A DNA stretch of 64,000 bases, taken from positions 267,282,001-267,346,000 of the forward strand of contig OZ024742.1 of the NCBI GenBank assembly GCA_964016885.1. Direction: 5' to 3'. The notes beneath the pieces were generated by a model. It ran no database searches and was not told the origin of the DNA. It saw nothing but the letters and a program-made list of their open reading frames with translations. The position numbers and the translations under genes are program-made. Of the stretch, positions 31,430 through 44,258 are shown piece by piece. This DNA comes from Eledone cirrhosa. Taxonomy: Eukaryota. The first letter of the stretch is position 1, and each line of letters opens with the position of its first letter.

Positions 31430-31836
31430 AATAATTGTTTCTACTTTTAGCACAAGGCCAGCAATTATCCAGTGCATTACTGGTACTTCATTTTATCGAC
31501 CCCGTAAGGATGAAAGGCAAAGTTAACCTCGGCGGGATTTGAACACGGAATGGCAAGGGCCGAAACTCTATGCGTCAAAGCATGGCGTCCGACCTTCTAC
31601 CGACACTGCCATGGTTTCTGAAAGTTATAGCAATAATGGTTGGCACAAGCTCAACAATTTTGGTGGCGGAAAATGTCGATTAATTCGACGCCAGTGCGTA
31701 ACTGGCAATTTATTTTATCCGCCTCGTAAAGATGAAAGCCAAAACAAAACTCGGTTTCATTTGAAATCAAAACGTAAAAGGACGTATCTATATATCGCAA
31801 AATGTGTTATCCAGTGATACTGCCAATCCGGCGCTC
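31430..31836 (-). mobile_element. Two tandem tRNA-derived SINE copies
   Basis: TTTTATCGACCCCGTAAGGATGAAAGGCAAAGTTAACCTCGGCGGGATTTGAAC; A box TGGCAGT.TC. Confidence 0.8.
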
Positions 31837-31861
31837 ATATAATAATAATAATAATAATAAT

Positions 31862-32023
31862 TACCAACTTACCTTCCTCGTTCAGGATGATGGTCCGTGA
31901 GGCTGACCCTGTTACCATTTTTCTACACCATTCGCCTGGCCTCGTTCAGTTCTTCATGACTTACCTCAATCGTTTCGTTCTTGTTCACCCCTTTAGCAAA
32001 AGACACATTTGGTTTTGCGTTAG

Positions 32024-32054
<31 letters not shown>

Positions 32055-32698
32055 ATTATTATTGTTGCTGTTGTTGCTGATGTTCCTATTGTTGTTTTTG
32101 TTATTATCATTTTTTGTTTCAGTTGTTGCTGTGTTGGTGGTGGTGTCAGTGACGTTTAACGTGGGAGAATGCAATGTGAGAGAATCCATTTTGTTATTAC
32201 GTGATAATGTTTTTGTTTCAATTGTTGCTCTGGTGATGGTCGAGGTGGTATGATTGGTGTTGGATGTACTCTTCGACAACGCGGTGGTGAAGATGGTGGC
32301 ATTAACACTTGTAGACATCGGCAAAGGCGGGAAGTCTACGTCTGCACGTAGCAAACTTTGGCGGCTGCGATTGCTGCTGTTAGCGAAAACATACCGGTTT
32401 TGGCAATTGTAGCCAGGTTCACAATGGCGGTGGGAGTAGTGTGTATGTTAGAGCTGCTGTCACGAAACAGCTGGCTAGATATGGGTTGGCGAATCTCATC
32501 CATATTATTTTTCCGAAAACAATTGTTTCTTTGACAAAATAAAGTTTAAATTTGGGGTTCAAGGGCCCCACAGAAAGCAATATATATGAATTTATAGAAA
32601 GTTAACAACAAAAATTCTCATAACTTGCAATTCAAAACAACCTAAAATAACAAATATTTGTGGAGCTATGAATAATAAGTGTTCCTACGCAAGTCGCC
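31862..32698 (-). mobile_element. Tx1-like element A: only 5'UTR + ORF1 N-terminus
   Basis: Poly-Asn then VSFAKGVNKNETIEVSHEELNEARRMV, homologous to element D's ISFAGIAKNLETILITNEELEEAKKMV; (AAT)n on both sides. Confidence 0.75.
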
Positions 32699-32729
<31 letters not shown>

Positions 32730-32730
<1 letters not shown>

Positions 32731-34448
32731 GCTGGAGACCTCCCATAACCGGAATACTCCTACTGTTGGCCCTCCATGCTCACCACCAAGAAATACAAAG
32801 AAAAAGAGAGAAAAATGGTCAAGGGAAGACAATAAAGAAGGCCTTGAGGCTTTCTACACTGCCATGTACTACCCATCAAATAGATCGAATACAGAACAGA
32901 CATATATCAACTGGAAAAAGAAACATCCCGAAAACAGAGGCTATATTGACAGTAACAAACTAGCCAATATACGAAGAAATATTATTAACAAAAGTTACTA
33001 ACTAATATAGAAATTGATAAGATCAAGCAATTAGCACAAAGTCAGCGAAGGGAAAATGAAAGATGTGTCAGTGAAAACGAGGTAAATTGTAACACTTCGA
33101 ATCCCAGGGTTGGGGCGGAATCACTGACAGCAGAACAAATTAAAGAAAGGATCGAAAAAGTGGAGGGACTGCATGCTCAAGATCAATCTCAAAATGAAAA
33201 CAATGAGACCGTAAACGATAAAGAAATGAATGAGAATGAACTTGCCAACTTGAAGGATGAAATTATGATCGAATGGATGAAAATGAAGGAATCTGACATG
33301 GGGGAACGAGACACTCTCCCTAAGATCCAGAACTCCAAACAGAACCAAAAGATAATACACAAGACTAACATAATTCTCAAAAACATTATCATCACAAACA
33401 AACTAAACATTACTGATCTAAATCATCTCTATTATGCATCGGCTAAAGTCACCACTCACTTATGTGGAGTGAACATGAAAAAACAAAGGAATGCCGACAA
33501 GAAACCTACTTGGCAAGAGAACATCAATCGCCCAATAAACCTTCTCCGATCTGACAGAAATTTTAACAAACTACAAAGTAGGTGAACATGTTAAACAGAC
33601 TAAACTTAGACAATTGAAAAGAAAATACAGTATAAAATCAACAAGTGACATAGACATTCTGATAGAAATAATCAAGCAAAAAGTGTCGGCCAAAGCTGCT
33701 CGTATAAGGCGCTTTGAAAAACGATCTAGATTCTATAAGGACAATAATATGTTCAAAAACAACCAAAGAAACTTCTACAGAAAAATTGGCAAGTCAACAA
33801 TAACTGCTAAATCAATACCACCCAAGGAGGAAGTGCAAGAATTCTGGGAAAAAGATCTGGGCCGAAGAAAAAGTTCATAATATACATGCCCCATGGATAG
33901 ACAGACAAATGAAAGATACAGCTCACCTTGAGGAACAAACATGGGAAAATATAACAGTTGAACAGTTGCGTTTGGCTCTTAGAAAAACCAGCAAATGGAA
34001 ATCCCCAGGAAAAGACAAAATACCAAATTTTTTGATACATGCCCTCACATAGTCTCATGAGCTGTTAGCCCAACTTTACAATGAAATAGTTAAGGAGCCA
34101 TAAATATACCATCATGGCTAGTTAACGACATTACATTCCTACTTTCGAAGAATGATGAGACAAACAATCCCTAAAATTAGAGACAGATAACTTGCTTGAC
34201 CTCAATGTATAAAATTTTACATCAGTCCTAACTGAATATACATATGACCACCTGATAACAAATGATCTATTCCCCAATGAGCAGAAAGGATGTAAACGAG
34301 GCTCATATGGCTGTAAATATCAGCTTTTGGTTAACAAAATGATACTGGAAGATTGTCATAATAGATACAAAAATCTATCAATTGCTTGGATAGAGTACAA
34401 AAAAGCTTTCGACAGTTTGCCACACAGTTGGATTGAAAAATGTTTCGA
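32730..34448 (+). mobile_element. R4/Dong-clade non-LTR element, 5' part to mid-RT, decayed
   Basis: KQKVSAKAARIRRF, WKSPGKDKIPNF, ITCLTSMYK, EQKGCKRGSYGCK, WIEYKKAFDSLPHSW; begins after (TAA)n. Confidence 0.8.
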
Positions 34449-37400
34449 GCGCGACCCTCTTCTTGGTCTCCAATGTGTGTATTAATGGCTCTGAAGCCAG
34501 TACGTACAAGAGGAACGAGAGGGGGCAACCCTGGCGGATCGATCGCATGATGCTGAACGGCTGCGACAGGTGACCATGCACCCTCACAATCGAGCAGATG
34601 TTGCCGTGCATCGTAGCGATCCAGCCCCTAAAAATGGGACCGAAGCCGGCCTCCTCGCGGACCGCAACCAGGTACCGATGGTCGACCCTATCAAATGATT
34701 TAGATTGATCCAAGTTAATCAGGGCCCCACCCATACCAGGTTCCTTAACCACCCTCTCTATGATGTATCGCATGAGATGGAGGTTGTCGACAGTGGATCT
34801 GTTTGGAATGACGCATATCTGCGCCTCTCCCAAGAGATCACCGACGACAAGCGCCAATCTCTTTGCTAACATATTGGCCAAAACCTTGAACTCTGCTTTT
34901 AGCAGAGTTATGGGCCTGAAGCTCTCTATAACTTCCCCCTTGTTCGGGTCTTTTCTTAACAGCCCCACCGCTCTCCGGTTCACAAAACGGGGAATGCTCC
35001 ATTTGCCAAGAGGTCGCCGAACAAGTCTGGCATATACACATAAACTCGTAGGGAAGACCATCCAAACCAGGCGATTAACCCTCGTGCAGTCAGACATCGC
35101 TTCCTGTATTTCACATGCTGTTATCGGTCTTTCGCAGCACTGCCATGCGGTCATCGAGAGCCGCGGCAGTTCGTCGAGGTATGACCTGAAGTCCATACTC
35201 CAATCTGGTCCGCCGCCGCTCCCAAACAATTGAGCAAAGTGCTGTTGAAAAGCCGCATACATCTGCTTGGATTCGAGCAACATGCACCCGTTTTGACCAG
35301 GAAAAGACCGAATTGTGGGTGTGTTGCCACGTCGCGCATCCGCCACCCGGGTCCACTGAACCGCTTTCGTCCCCTCGTGTCTCAGAGCACCCGCTCTAGC
35401 TCCGACAACGCGTCTTTCATGCCTATGGAGTCTATCTAATTCAACTTCACAGATCACAAATTTGTGGTCCGTGTAGTCGACTACTTTAAATTGTGGGCAA
35501 CCTACACTAGCCTTACCTGTTTCCCTACAGAATACCCTATCTAAATACGATATGGATGACCCGATGCGTTTGCCCATGTCCACATTGGCACATTCACATA
35601 ATCCAGTCTATACTTGTCAGACAGTTAAACACGTCTGAGTAGGTTGTTGAGGCTTTTAAACCCTCCTGTCTTGTCTATTAGCCTCATATAATCCTAGCGT
35701 GCATCTAAGATATCGTTCCAGTCACCAACTAACACTAAAGAGCTCGACGATCCAAGAAAGGTCTCAGCACCACCGACTTACCTTCTGGGTCCAGGAAGAT
35801 AGCCCGTAAGGCGAGATCTAAGCCTCTGCAAAAAAGCAGAGCAACTCTTCCCCTCTATCCCGGAGGGCTGAGAGATGCGTATCGTAGCTGCCGAAGATCG
35901 GGGCGGAGGCGCGTGCTTCGGAGATTCTGGTATCGTAAATGGCCACCACATCTATGTTTAGTGACCTGAGGTTGTTGTTCAGGTGACCCTTCTTCCAAGA
36001 TGATCCCAGGCCACCTACACTGCCGATTCTGAGTACGGCCATGCTGGATGAGGAACGGGGTAACTGAGAAAGGATCCCTTACCTTGATCGTGTGGGGAAG
36101 GGACAGTAGAACCGTCCGTTCGGCTAGTCATGGTTGTCTCCAATATGATATGCATGTATATTCTTTTGGAGAGTGAGCCTCTTAAATCCCAAACTGCGTT
36201 GGGGAATTTTTGTTTTTATCTGTTTATAATCTTCCAGTTTAATTTTGTCAATGGTAAATTTTTTGGTAATGTTCTTGGTGTTGGTGTGGTGCGGTAATTT
36301 ATGTCTGTGTGCTGCTTTATATGTTCCATTAATCCTTTGTGGGCGATATTTATGGCTGTGTAACATTTTTGGGGGTGGGGTTGGTTTTGTTGCTATTTTC
36401 TTGTTGCTGTTGTGTGTGCTTTGTTATGTTTGCGATGTTGGTGTTTATGGTGATGCTGGTGGTGGTGTAGTTGTTGTTGGTGTTGCTGCAAGTCTACTTG
36501 CAGCCTTTACCCCTCTTTCTTTGCCCTCGCTTTTGCGTCTGTTTCTTTTCTTGCCGTTTTCCACTCCTCTGCCGCCTCATACTCCATGTCCGACTGTGAG
36601 AGGTCGGGAGGGGTATGAGTTCTACCCTCTCATTTTACTTTGTTGTTGTTGTTGGTGGTGGAACCTGGTCTTCCGTTCTTCGCACAGGTGCAGCTAGTAC
36701 AAATGTTTCTATTACTGCAGTTACTGCTACTGTTTCTGTTGTCCATGGCTTTCGTGTGGGTGCCACGGAGTTGTCCTACACTCTGTAGAAGCTGCCGAGT
36801 TTTTCGCTGACTGTTCTGTTTCTGATGGCAGCGGTGTTGAAAGGAGGGGGACCTTCGAGTTTGTTATCTTCTGTGGGCAGAAGGCCCTGGGTGAGACTTC
36901 GATACACAGTTGAAGCACTTTGGGCGTCTTCCTTCCACAGATATGGGAAGGTTGGGAGCCATTCCCGAGGTCTATTACGTCGGGGAAAGCGCTGATGCAG
37001 TCCTGGTCGGTTTGGATGTGCATCTCCATTCCAATACCGGATAAATGCCTTCTCCACAACTTATGTACCTGCAGAATGGTAGTTCTATCCTCGATGCCCA
37101 TACAAGAACAGACACGCCCAGCAAATGCACGGCTACGTAGGGCGGGACCTGGGTTACCCTAACCCTCGTAATTTTTTTCCGGCAGTAAAACGGGACTAAT
37201 GTTATTTTATAACTTCGTAGGGTCCTCAGTGAGTGCGATTTTGCTTCCTGGGTGGTAGCAAAAAGGACGTCCACGGTGGCATACTTCTTGCCTCGGGTGA
37301 TGTGGGTTTTCCGTGCCCCACAGTTCCCAAGGCCTTCTGGATTTGGGCCTCCGAGGCTCTCTCCACACGATGCGATTTCGTGGTAATTGTGCGGTATGAC

Positions 37401-38180
37401 ACCGTTGGTAGTTTCAATGACACTGAAAATTCAGATCTGTTTACCATGTGTCTTACCATGTGTCTTGCGACCACCATCTCCTCCTCTGTGACCAGGACTG
37501 TTTCTATGTTGCGAGCCACCTTAGCAAAAGAGATGGTCCATTTTTCAGTGGCATCGTTGTTGCCGCCGCTACTGCTGCTACTGGTCTTGTTCTTGCTGAT
37601 GTTGCTATTGCTATTGCTACAAACGGTGTTGTTTCTGTTATCACTGTTGCGGTTGGTTTTGATTTTGTTGCCGCCGTTGTTGTTCTCGGTGCAGTTTGTA
37701 TTGTTGTTGTTGGTGTTGTCGCTATTTATTTTCTTGGTAGTGGTGTTAATATTGTTGCATTTGTTGTTATTATTTCTGTTGTCTGTATTTTGGTTGTCAC
37801 TGTTACTGTTGTGGTCGGTGTGGTCATTTTTTTAAAAGTTAGTGTTCTCAGTATTGTTGTCATTGTTGTCTTTGTTCACGTTGTTTGTGGTGGTGTTTGT
37901 TGTATCAATTTCTGTGTTCGCCGCAACTTCCTCTCAACCTTTACGCCAGCAGACACATCGCTAGAGGTCGTGGCTCAGCCAAATTTCTTTTTGATAATTT
38001 TATAAATGTAAAAATTTCAAATTTTGGGGCCAAAAGGCCCAAATATTATACTCCCCCCTTCACAGGGCAACGTCCAAGGGCTTATGTCCCTTACACAACA
38101 ACAACAATTTACAGTAAATGATTTATGACAGGTAAACAAGGAGACTTACGAGAGCGAGCAAAAAGACATTCGATCGCATC
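34449..38180 (-). mobile_element. Tx1-like element C, decayed, 3' part deleted
   Basis: ORF1 remnants (37830-36100); ORF2 from 36042 (MAVLRIGSV) to QGCPLS with frameshifts. Confidence 0.88.
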
Positions 38181-38233
<53 letters not shown>

Positions 38234-38482
38234 TTTCTTTATTAACCACAAGGGTTTACATAAAGTAGACATTAAGGACAGTGCAGGACAATGCAGGACG
38301 GTACAAATGGACATTTCTGCGTGTAAAAAACAAAAACAGAGGATGTAACAAAAAAATAACAATGAAAAATTCCCCAATAGGGGGGAGACTTCGGAGGGAC
38401 ATTTGTGGAGAAAGCCCAGTAAAAAGCCACAATGACCCTGACCACCAAGGCAAGTGCCCTCTCCCAGTTTTCCACCTTTAAT

Positions 38483-41400
38483 TTACAGATATATACTCAG
38501 AGTAGGCCCATTCACTCGGGCCATTCTTGCTTCTCTCACCCATCTTTCAACAAAATGCTGGGAAGAGAGCACTTCCCTCTCTACTCTAATTTTCCTTTTC
38601 AAATGAAATTTGAAAAAGTCAATCAGAGCATCACCGAAGAGGTAAGTGCTCGTCTTCAGCCCTTTCAAACGTGTCCACCATACTATCTCTTTCGCCATGG
38701 CCACCAGACAGATAAAAACTGCCTGCCCTTCCCGGCTAAAGGAGGAGGGTTGGGCAATCCTCACGATGGACTCAGATGATAGCCGGATCCGTCCTAAACG
38801 CGACAGCAGGTGTTCGACATAAACCCACAAGTCAGCAATTTTCGGACACTGGACGAGTGCGTGCAGGACGGTTTCGTCGCCCTGCGCGCATCTCGGACAT
38901 GCCCGGCTGACGGCACCTCCATGCCTGTAGAGTTTATCCCGAACTGGCAAGGCTCCTCGGTAGCACTGCCAGGCCAGAGATTTCTGGAAGTTGTCCATAG
39001 GCCCTGGCCCGAAAGTTCTTCCGAAGAGATTGGCAAGTTGATTTTCGTCGACGCCTAGAGTTTCCCCAAGTACGTCGTCGCTCTTCCCCTCCACTAATCC
39101 TCTATAGAACGCCGAGGGGGAGTTTCCACCGATCACATTGCCCGATTGGTCGAGGGCTGTGAGCGCCTGAAGACATTCCAGTCTCCAGGCGCTCCCTCTC
39201 GGTCTTCGCTTGACCCAGGACTGCAGCTCCGTCAAGGAAACGAGCTGGGGAAATACGCGTCTAGCAAACGGCGACCACACCTGATCACCGTCGAGGAAGA
39301 GGTGGAGATGTCGTAGCCTGAGCGCGTGCCTGCGCATCATCAGCCACGGCATGCCCAGCCCTCCACGTAGCGGGTGTTGACAACAGATGGACCGCCTGAC
39401 CATCGGAGCGCGTCCCTTCCACAAAAAGCGAAAGAGCAAACGCTCCAGCGCAGTCAGCCGAGGCTTAGGACAAGGTACGACGGTCAGGCGGTAGCAGATG
39501 ACAGACGCGATGTACGCGTTAGCCACCTCCGCTCGACCTTTCAGGGATAGCTTCCTCTCCGCCCATTTCTGGGTGAGAGAAGCCACCCTGCTCGTCACCT
39601 CGTCCCAGTTTTTGTCCGTCTGGAGGTCCGGACCGAACCAGACCCCTAGCAATTTAACCGGTCCGTCCGTCCAGCGTCCGACGACGCTGTTGGACGGCAT
39701 GGACCTGCCTCTCCAGGTGCCGAGCTGCAGGCCCACTGACTTTTCCTGGTTGATCATTGCTCCTGTCACCGCTTCGTATTCTCTTAGTGTAGTGCCGATC
39801 GCCTCGATGTGTTTGGCGTTCGACACCACTACGGTGACATCGTCCGCATATGCTGACACGGATCTTCCGCATCCTCGTTCGCGCGGGACGCCCCTCAACG
39901 TCTCCAGTTTGTGCAGTAATGGCTCGAGATTCAATACGTACAAGAGGGACGAGAGGGGACATCCTTGGCGGACCGAGCGCATGATGTTGAACGGTTCCGA
40001 CAGGTGACCGTTCACTCTCACCACAGAGCAGATGTCGCTGTGCATGGCAGCGATCCAGCCTCTGAAGACCGGCCCAAAGCCAGCCGTCCTCAGGACTGCC
40101 GCTAGGTAACGATGGTCGACCCTATCGAAAGCTTTCGACTGATTTAAATTGATCAAGGACCCACCCGTGCCAGGTTCCCTAGCTACCCTCTCTACGATGT
40201 ATCGCATGAGGTGGAGGTTGTCGTGGATGGATCTGTCGGGAATGGCGCATGTCTGCGCCTCTCCCACCAGACCACCAACGACAAGCGCCAACCTCTTTGC
40301 TAGCACCTTGGCCAAAATCTTAAACTCTGTGTTTAGCAGAGTTATGGGCCGGAAATTTTCTATGTTATCCCCCTTGTTCGGATCCTTTCTCAGCAGTGCC
40401 ACCGCTCCTCGGCTCACAGAACTGGGAATTCTCCCGTTCTGTTGCCAGTTACAGCAGACATCCGCCAAGAGGCCTCCGAACAAGTCTGGCATCTGTACGT
40501 AAAGTTCATAGGGCAGACCATCCAAACCAGGCGATTTACCCCTTGTGCAGCCAGTCATTGCCTCCCTTACTTCAGCGGCTGTTATCGGCTTTTCGCAACA
40601 CTTCGTCTCAGTGGCCGAGAGCCGCGGCAGTCCGTCGAGGTAGACACTAAAGTCCATCCCTCGACCCGGCCCACCGCTGCCCCCGAACAGCTGAGCGAAG
40701 TGTCGCTGAAAAGCTTCACACATTTGCCCGGGATCGAGTAGCATGCGCCCGTCGTGGTCCACCAAAGACCGGATCGTGGCTTTGTTGCCACGATGCGCCT
40801 CCGCCACTCGGGCCCATTGAACGGCTTTCGTCCCCTCGTGTCTGAGAGCACGCACCCTTGCTCTGACAACGCAGCCTTTGTGCTTTGCATTGAAGAATTG
40901 GTCAAGGGCCAATTTCGCCGCAAGCACGTCGGTCGCAATGCCTTTGCTAAGCGCCTCGTCTAATTTTCTAACTAGTTCTCCCTCTGCTCTATTTTTCTCT
41001 ATTGCTAAAGCCTTACTAAACCTAATGGATTCTATTCTAATCGCTCTTTTCAGAGCAAACCACCACTTGTTGTTGACGATGGCCCCCGTCAACGCCCGCT
41101 TAACTAGTTCGCTAATCCGGTCTCTGTAGGCCTTGCGCGCTGGTAAGGACGCGTTTAGCTTCCAGTAGCCGGGTCCTCGTCTATGAAGCCTATCTAAGTC
41201 AAGCACACAGATCACGAATTTGTGGTCCGTGTAGCTGACTATCTTGAATTGTGGACAGCCTATGCTAGACCTATCTATTTCCCTACAAAATACTCTATCT
41301 AGATATGATCTGGATGACCCTATGCGATTTGTCCAAGTCCACATTGGCGCATTCGGGAAATCCAATCGGTACCTGTCAGACAGTTCAAAACGCCTGAGCA

Positions 41401-41902
41401 GGTTGGTGAGGCTCTTGCACCCTCCACCCCTATCCGCTAATCCCACACAGTCCCAGCGTGCATCTAAGATCCCGTTCCAGTCGCCCACTAACACTAAAGA
41501 GCGGGACGTTCCAAGAAAGGTCTCCAGACGCCGGAAGAAATCAGGCCGCCCTGCTCCTGTCGGGGCATAGACGGCCACTAGCCTGAAAGCTTGCCCGTCT
41601 CCGCTGGTCACGTCCAGCACCACCAGCTTACCCTCTGGGTCCAGGAAGATGGCCCGTATGGCGAGATCCAAACCTCTCCGAAAAAGCACAGCAACTCCTC
41701 CACCCGATCCAGGACGGCTGAGAGATGCGTACACATCGTAGCCGCCGAAGATCGGTGCGAAGGCCCGTGCTTCGGAGATTCTGGTCTCGCTGATGGCCAC
41801 TACATCTATGTTTAGTGACCTGAGGTCGTTGAGCAGGTGACCCTGCTTCCACGACGATCCCAAGCCACGCGCATTTATGCTGCCTATTCTGAGTGAGGTC
41901 AT
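38483..41902 (-). CDS. ORF2p: APE endonuclease + RT + zinc-binding domain, 1139 aa
   Basis: SINARGL, AISET, VGDWN, YLDR, TDHK, GYWKLN; FRPITLLN, LNQSKAFD, QGCPLS, YADD; CPRC..ETVLHALVQC. Confidence 0.95.
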   Translation of the reverse strand: MTSLRIGSINARGLGSSWKQGHLLNDLRSLNIDVVAISETRISEARAFAPIFGGYDVYASLSRPGSGGGVAVLFRRGLDLAIRAIFLDPEGKLVVLDVTSGDGQAFRLVAVYAPTGAGRPDFFRRLETFLGTSRSLVLVGDWNGILDARWDCVGLADRGGGCKSLTNLLRRFELSDRYRLDFPNAPMWTWTNRIGSSRSYLDRVFCREIDRSSIGCPQFKIVSYTDHKFVICVLDLDRLHRRGPGYWKLNASLPARKAYRDRISELVKRALTGAIVNNKWWFALKRAIRIESIRFSKALAIEKNRAEGELVRKLDEALSKGIATDVLAAKLALDQFFNAKHKGCVVRARVRALRHEGTKAVQWARVAEAHRGNKATIRSLVDHDGRMLLDPGQMCEAFQRHFAQLFGGSGGPGRGMDFSVYLDGLPRLSATETKCCEKPITAAEVREAMTGCTRGKSPGLDGLPYELYVQMPDLFGGLLADVCCNWQQNGRIPSSVSRGAVALLRKDPNKGDNIENFRPITLLNTEFKILAKVLAKRLALVVGGLVGEAQTCAIPDRSIHDNLHLMRYIVERVAREPGTGGSLINLNQSKAFDRVDHRYLAAVLRTAGFGPVFRGWIAAMHSDICSVVRVNGHLSEPFNIMRSVRQGCPLSSLLYVLNLEPLLHKLETLRGVPRERGCGRSVSAYADDVTVVVSNAKHIEAIGTTLREYEAVTGAMINQEKSVGLQLGTWRGRSMPSNSVVGRWTDGPVKLLGVWFGPDLQTDKNWDEVTSRVASLTQKWAERKLSLKGRAEVANAYIASVICYRLTVVPCPKPRLTALERLLFRFLWKGRAPMVRRSICCQHPLRGGLGMPWLMMRRHALRLRHLHLFLDGDQVWSPFARRVFPQLVSLTELQSWVKRRPRGSAWRLECLQALTALDQSGNVIGGNSPSAFYRGLVEGKSDDVLGETLGVDENQLANLFGRTFGPGPMDNFQKSLAWQCYRGALPVRDKLYRHGGAVSRACPRCAQGDETVLHALVQCPKIADLWVYVEHLLSRLGRIRLSSESIVRIAQPSSFSREGQAVFICLVAMAKEIVWWTRLKGLKTSTYLFGDALIDFFKFHLKRKIRVEREVLSSQHFVERWVREARMARVNGPTLSIYL

Positions 41903-41937
41903 GTTTAAAATAGAGTGGAAAAGATGGGAAAGACCAC

Positions 41938-44044
41938 TTACCGTACTTTTGGTAGAGGAGGGATGGTTTTTACATCCCTTTTCACTTGATCGTCTGGTGA
42001 AGGGACCGTTGAATCGTCCCTTCGGCTGGTCGTCGGCTCTTCTAAGAGAATGTCTGAATATACTCTTCGATTGATGGTTCCTCCTAGGTCCCTGAAATCA
42101 CCAACTGCGTTGGGGAATTTCGTTTTAATGTTTGTGTATTGGTTCTGTGCTATTTTTAGCAGTCTTATGTTAGTTGGCGTTTTGATTGGTGCTGGTATTA
42201 TGTAGTCCTGTTGTGAAATGTCTGTGTGTTCAATTATGTAAGTCATTAGTTTCTTGTTGTGTGTATCTATTGCCGTGCATTTGTTTTTCTGGGGGTGCGG
42301 TGTGGTTCTGCTATTTTCTTGTCGTTGTTGCTGGGTGTGTGTGTTTTGTTGTTGTGTTTGCGATGTTGGTGCTTGTGGTGGTGGTGTTGAAGGTGTTGTT
42401 GGCGGTGGGGTTGTCGCCGGTGGTGATGGTGGTGCTAGTGTGGGTGGTGATGGTGTTGGTGGTGTTGCTGCTGTGAGTCTCTTTGCAGTAGACTTTACCC
42501 TTTTCTCATTTCTTTCCTCCCTTTTCAAAGGCGACGATGCGCTGCTTCTGCGTTTGTGCCTTCTTACGACCTTTTGCCATCCCTCTCCCACCTCACACTC
42601 CATGTCTGATTCTGTGAGGTCGGGGAGGGGTACCAGCTCCACTCTTTCACTTGTTGTTGTTGGTGATGTTTGCACTGGAGTCTCTGTTGCAGCTGCATTT
42701 GGTATTGCTGCTGTTGTTGTTAATATTTCCACTGCTGCTGCTGTTTTTGATTTCCGTGGAGTGGGTATGGGTGCCACGGACCTATCGTTCCTGGTTGCCG
42801 CTTGTCCTGTTGCTGGTAGCCGTGGAGCCGGATTCGGAAGGGGGGGGGTTTCTCCTTTCTCAGGGTCTTCTCGTTGCAGAAGGCCCTGAGGTGAGTCTTC
42901 GATCCACAGCGAAAGCATTTCGGGCGTTTGCCCTCAACACTTATGGGCAGTTGAGTGCCGTTATCGAAGTCTATCACATCCGGGATAGCTTCGATGCACT
43001 CCTGGTTGGTTTGGATTAGCATCTCAATGGAGGTGCCGACCCAATCTTCTCTTACTTTTTTCTGTACTTGCAGTACAGTTGTTTTGTCCTCGATTCCGAC
43101 GAGGACAGACGCGGCCAGCCAAGAAGGGGCCATTCCGGGGGGGGGGGGGGGGGGACGTGGGTCAGTTTGACCCTCACAATTTTTTGCCCGTAGTAGGAGG
43201 GCACCAACACCATTTCCTCGCTCCTTAGGGTCACTACTGATTGGGCCTTTGCCTCCTGGGGTGTGGCAAAAAGTACGTCTACGGTGGCATATTTTTTGCC
43301 TCGGGTGATGTGCGTTTTCCGCTGCCACACAGACCCCAAGGCTTTTCGTATCTGAGCCTCTGTGGCTCTTTCCACCCTACGGGATTTTGTACTTACTGTA
43401 CGGTACGTGACCGTACAGTGCTGTTGGGTTTCGAAAAATTTTTCCGCTGCCTTGCAGATTGCTCGGTGTCCAGTCTTTGTCACCATCTTCTTCGCTTCCT
43501 CTAATTCCTCATTTGTTATGAGGATTGTTTCCAAGTTTTTCGCAATGCCTGCAAATGAGATTGGTTTTTCTTTGCTGCTATTGTTGTCGTCAGAGCTGCT
43601 GGTACTTTTGTTGTTGCTGCAGGTACTACGACTACTGCCTCCGCCGCTGTTGCTGTGGTTGTTGTTGGTGTTGCTGCTGCTAATGCTGTTGTTGTTTATG
43701 CTGCTGGTGATGCTGTTGCGGCTGCTACTGTTGTTTTCATTGTCACTGTTGCTGTTGTTATTACGGCTGCTACTGCTATTATTCCTGACGTCAGACGAAT
43801 GAACTGGGTTTTCGTATTTCCCGCACACCTGTTTCGTCGCTGTCGTCGTCGTCGTGGAGAAACCTTGCACGCTTTGCACGAGACTTTTCTTTTCTTTCGT
43901 CACTTGCGAAAGAGAAGGGAGGGAGAGAGACACATTTAAAGAAGGGAGGGAGAGAGACGATCTTCTCTCTGCTGTAGTGATGATTGAGGAAGAAGAAGAC
44001 GGAATGAGTGGGAGTGACGTATGAAATTTCTTTTTCGTAGCCAT
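41938..44044 (-). CDS. ORF1p (~700 aa, CCHC knuckle), frameshifted at two homopolymers
   Basis: Three ORFs join at G18 (43137-43154) and G9 (42840-42848); CFRCGSKTHLRAFC; Asn/Ser-rich N-terminus, Pro/Thr-rich C-terminal region. Confidence 0.85.
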
Positions 44045-44258
44045 GTTGTTTTTTTGTTTAAAATGAATATTGGGTACAAAACCCCAATAACTGGTTATTT
44101 AACCCCGAAGGGCCAAATAACGGACAGAAAGACCCCTCTCACGAGGAGGAGGGTGTCTTTATCAACAATTTGGTTCAAGTTTTAAACAATTTACAATTGT
44201 TTTAACGGTTAAAAATTACTATACCTTACAGAGCCGAGCCTCCGTCAACCATGGCATT

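Larger units (their letters stand above)
38181..44258 (-). mobile_element. Tx1-like element D, full length (~6 kb)
   Basis: 5'UTR, ORF1, ORF2, 3'UTR with AATAAA and (ATT)n tail; (ATT)n at both junctions. Confidence 0.95.

Noticed and set aside
34378-35583. 401 aa ORF as a fusion gene
   Set aside because: Deleted, frameshifted Tx1 ORF2 reading into antisense Dong sequence
37233-43802. Leu/Val-rich plus-strand ORFs that look like membrane proteins
   Set aside because: Antisense shadows of Asn/Thr/Gln-rich ORF1 repeats
44140-44160. HDV-like ribozyme (CCTCCTCGTG on minus) in the element D 5'UTR
   Set aside because: Folds as a simple hairpin; no P1/P2/P1.1 topology found
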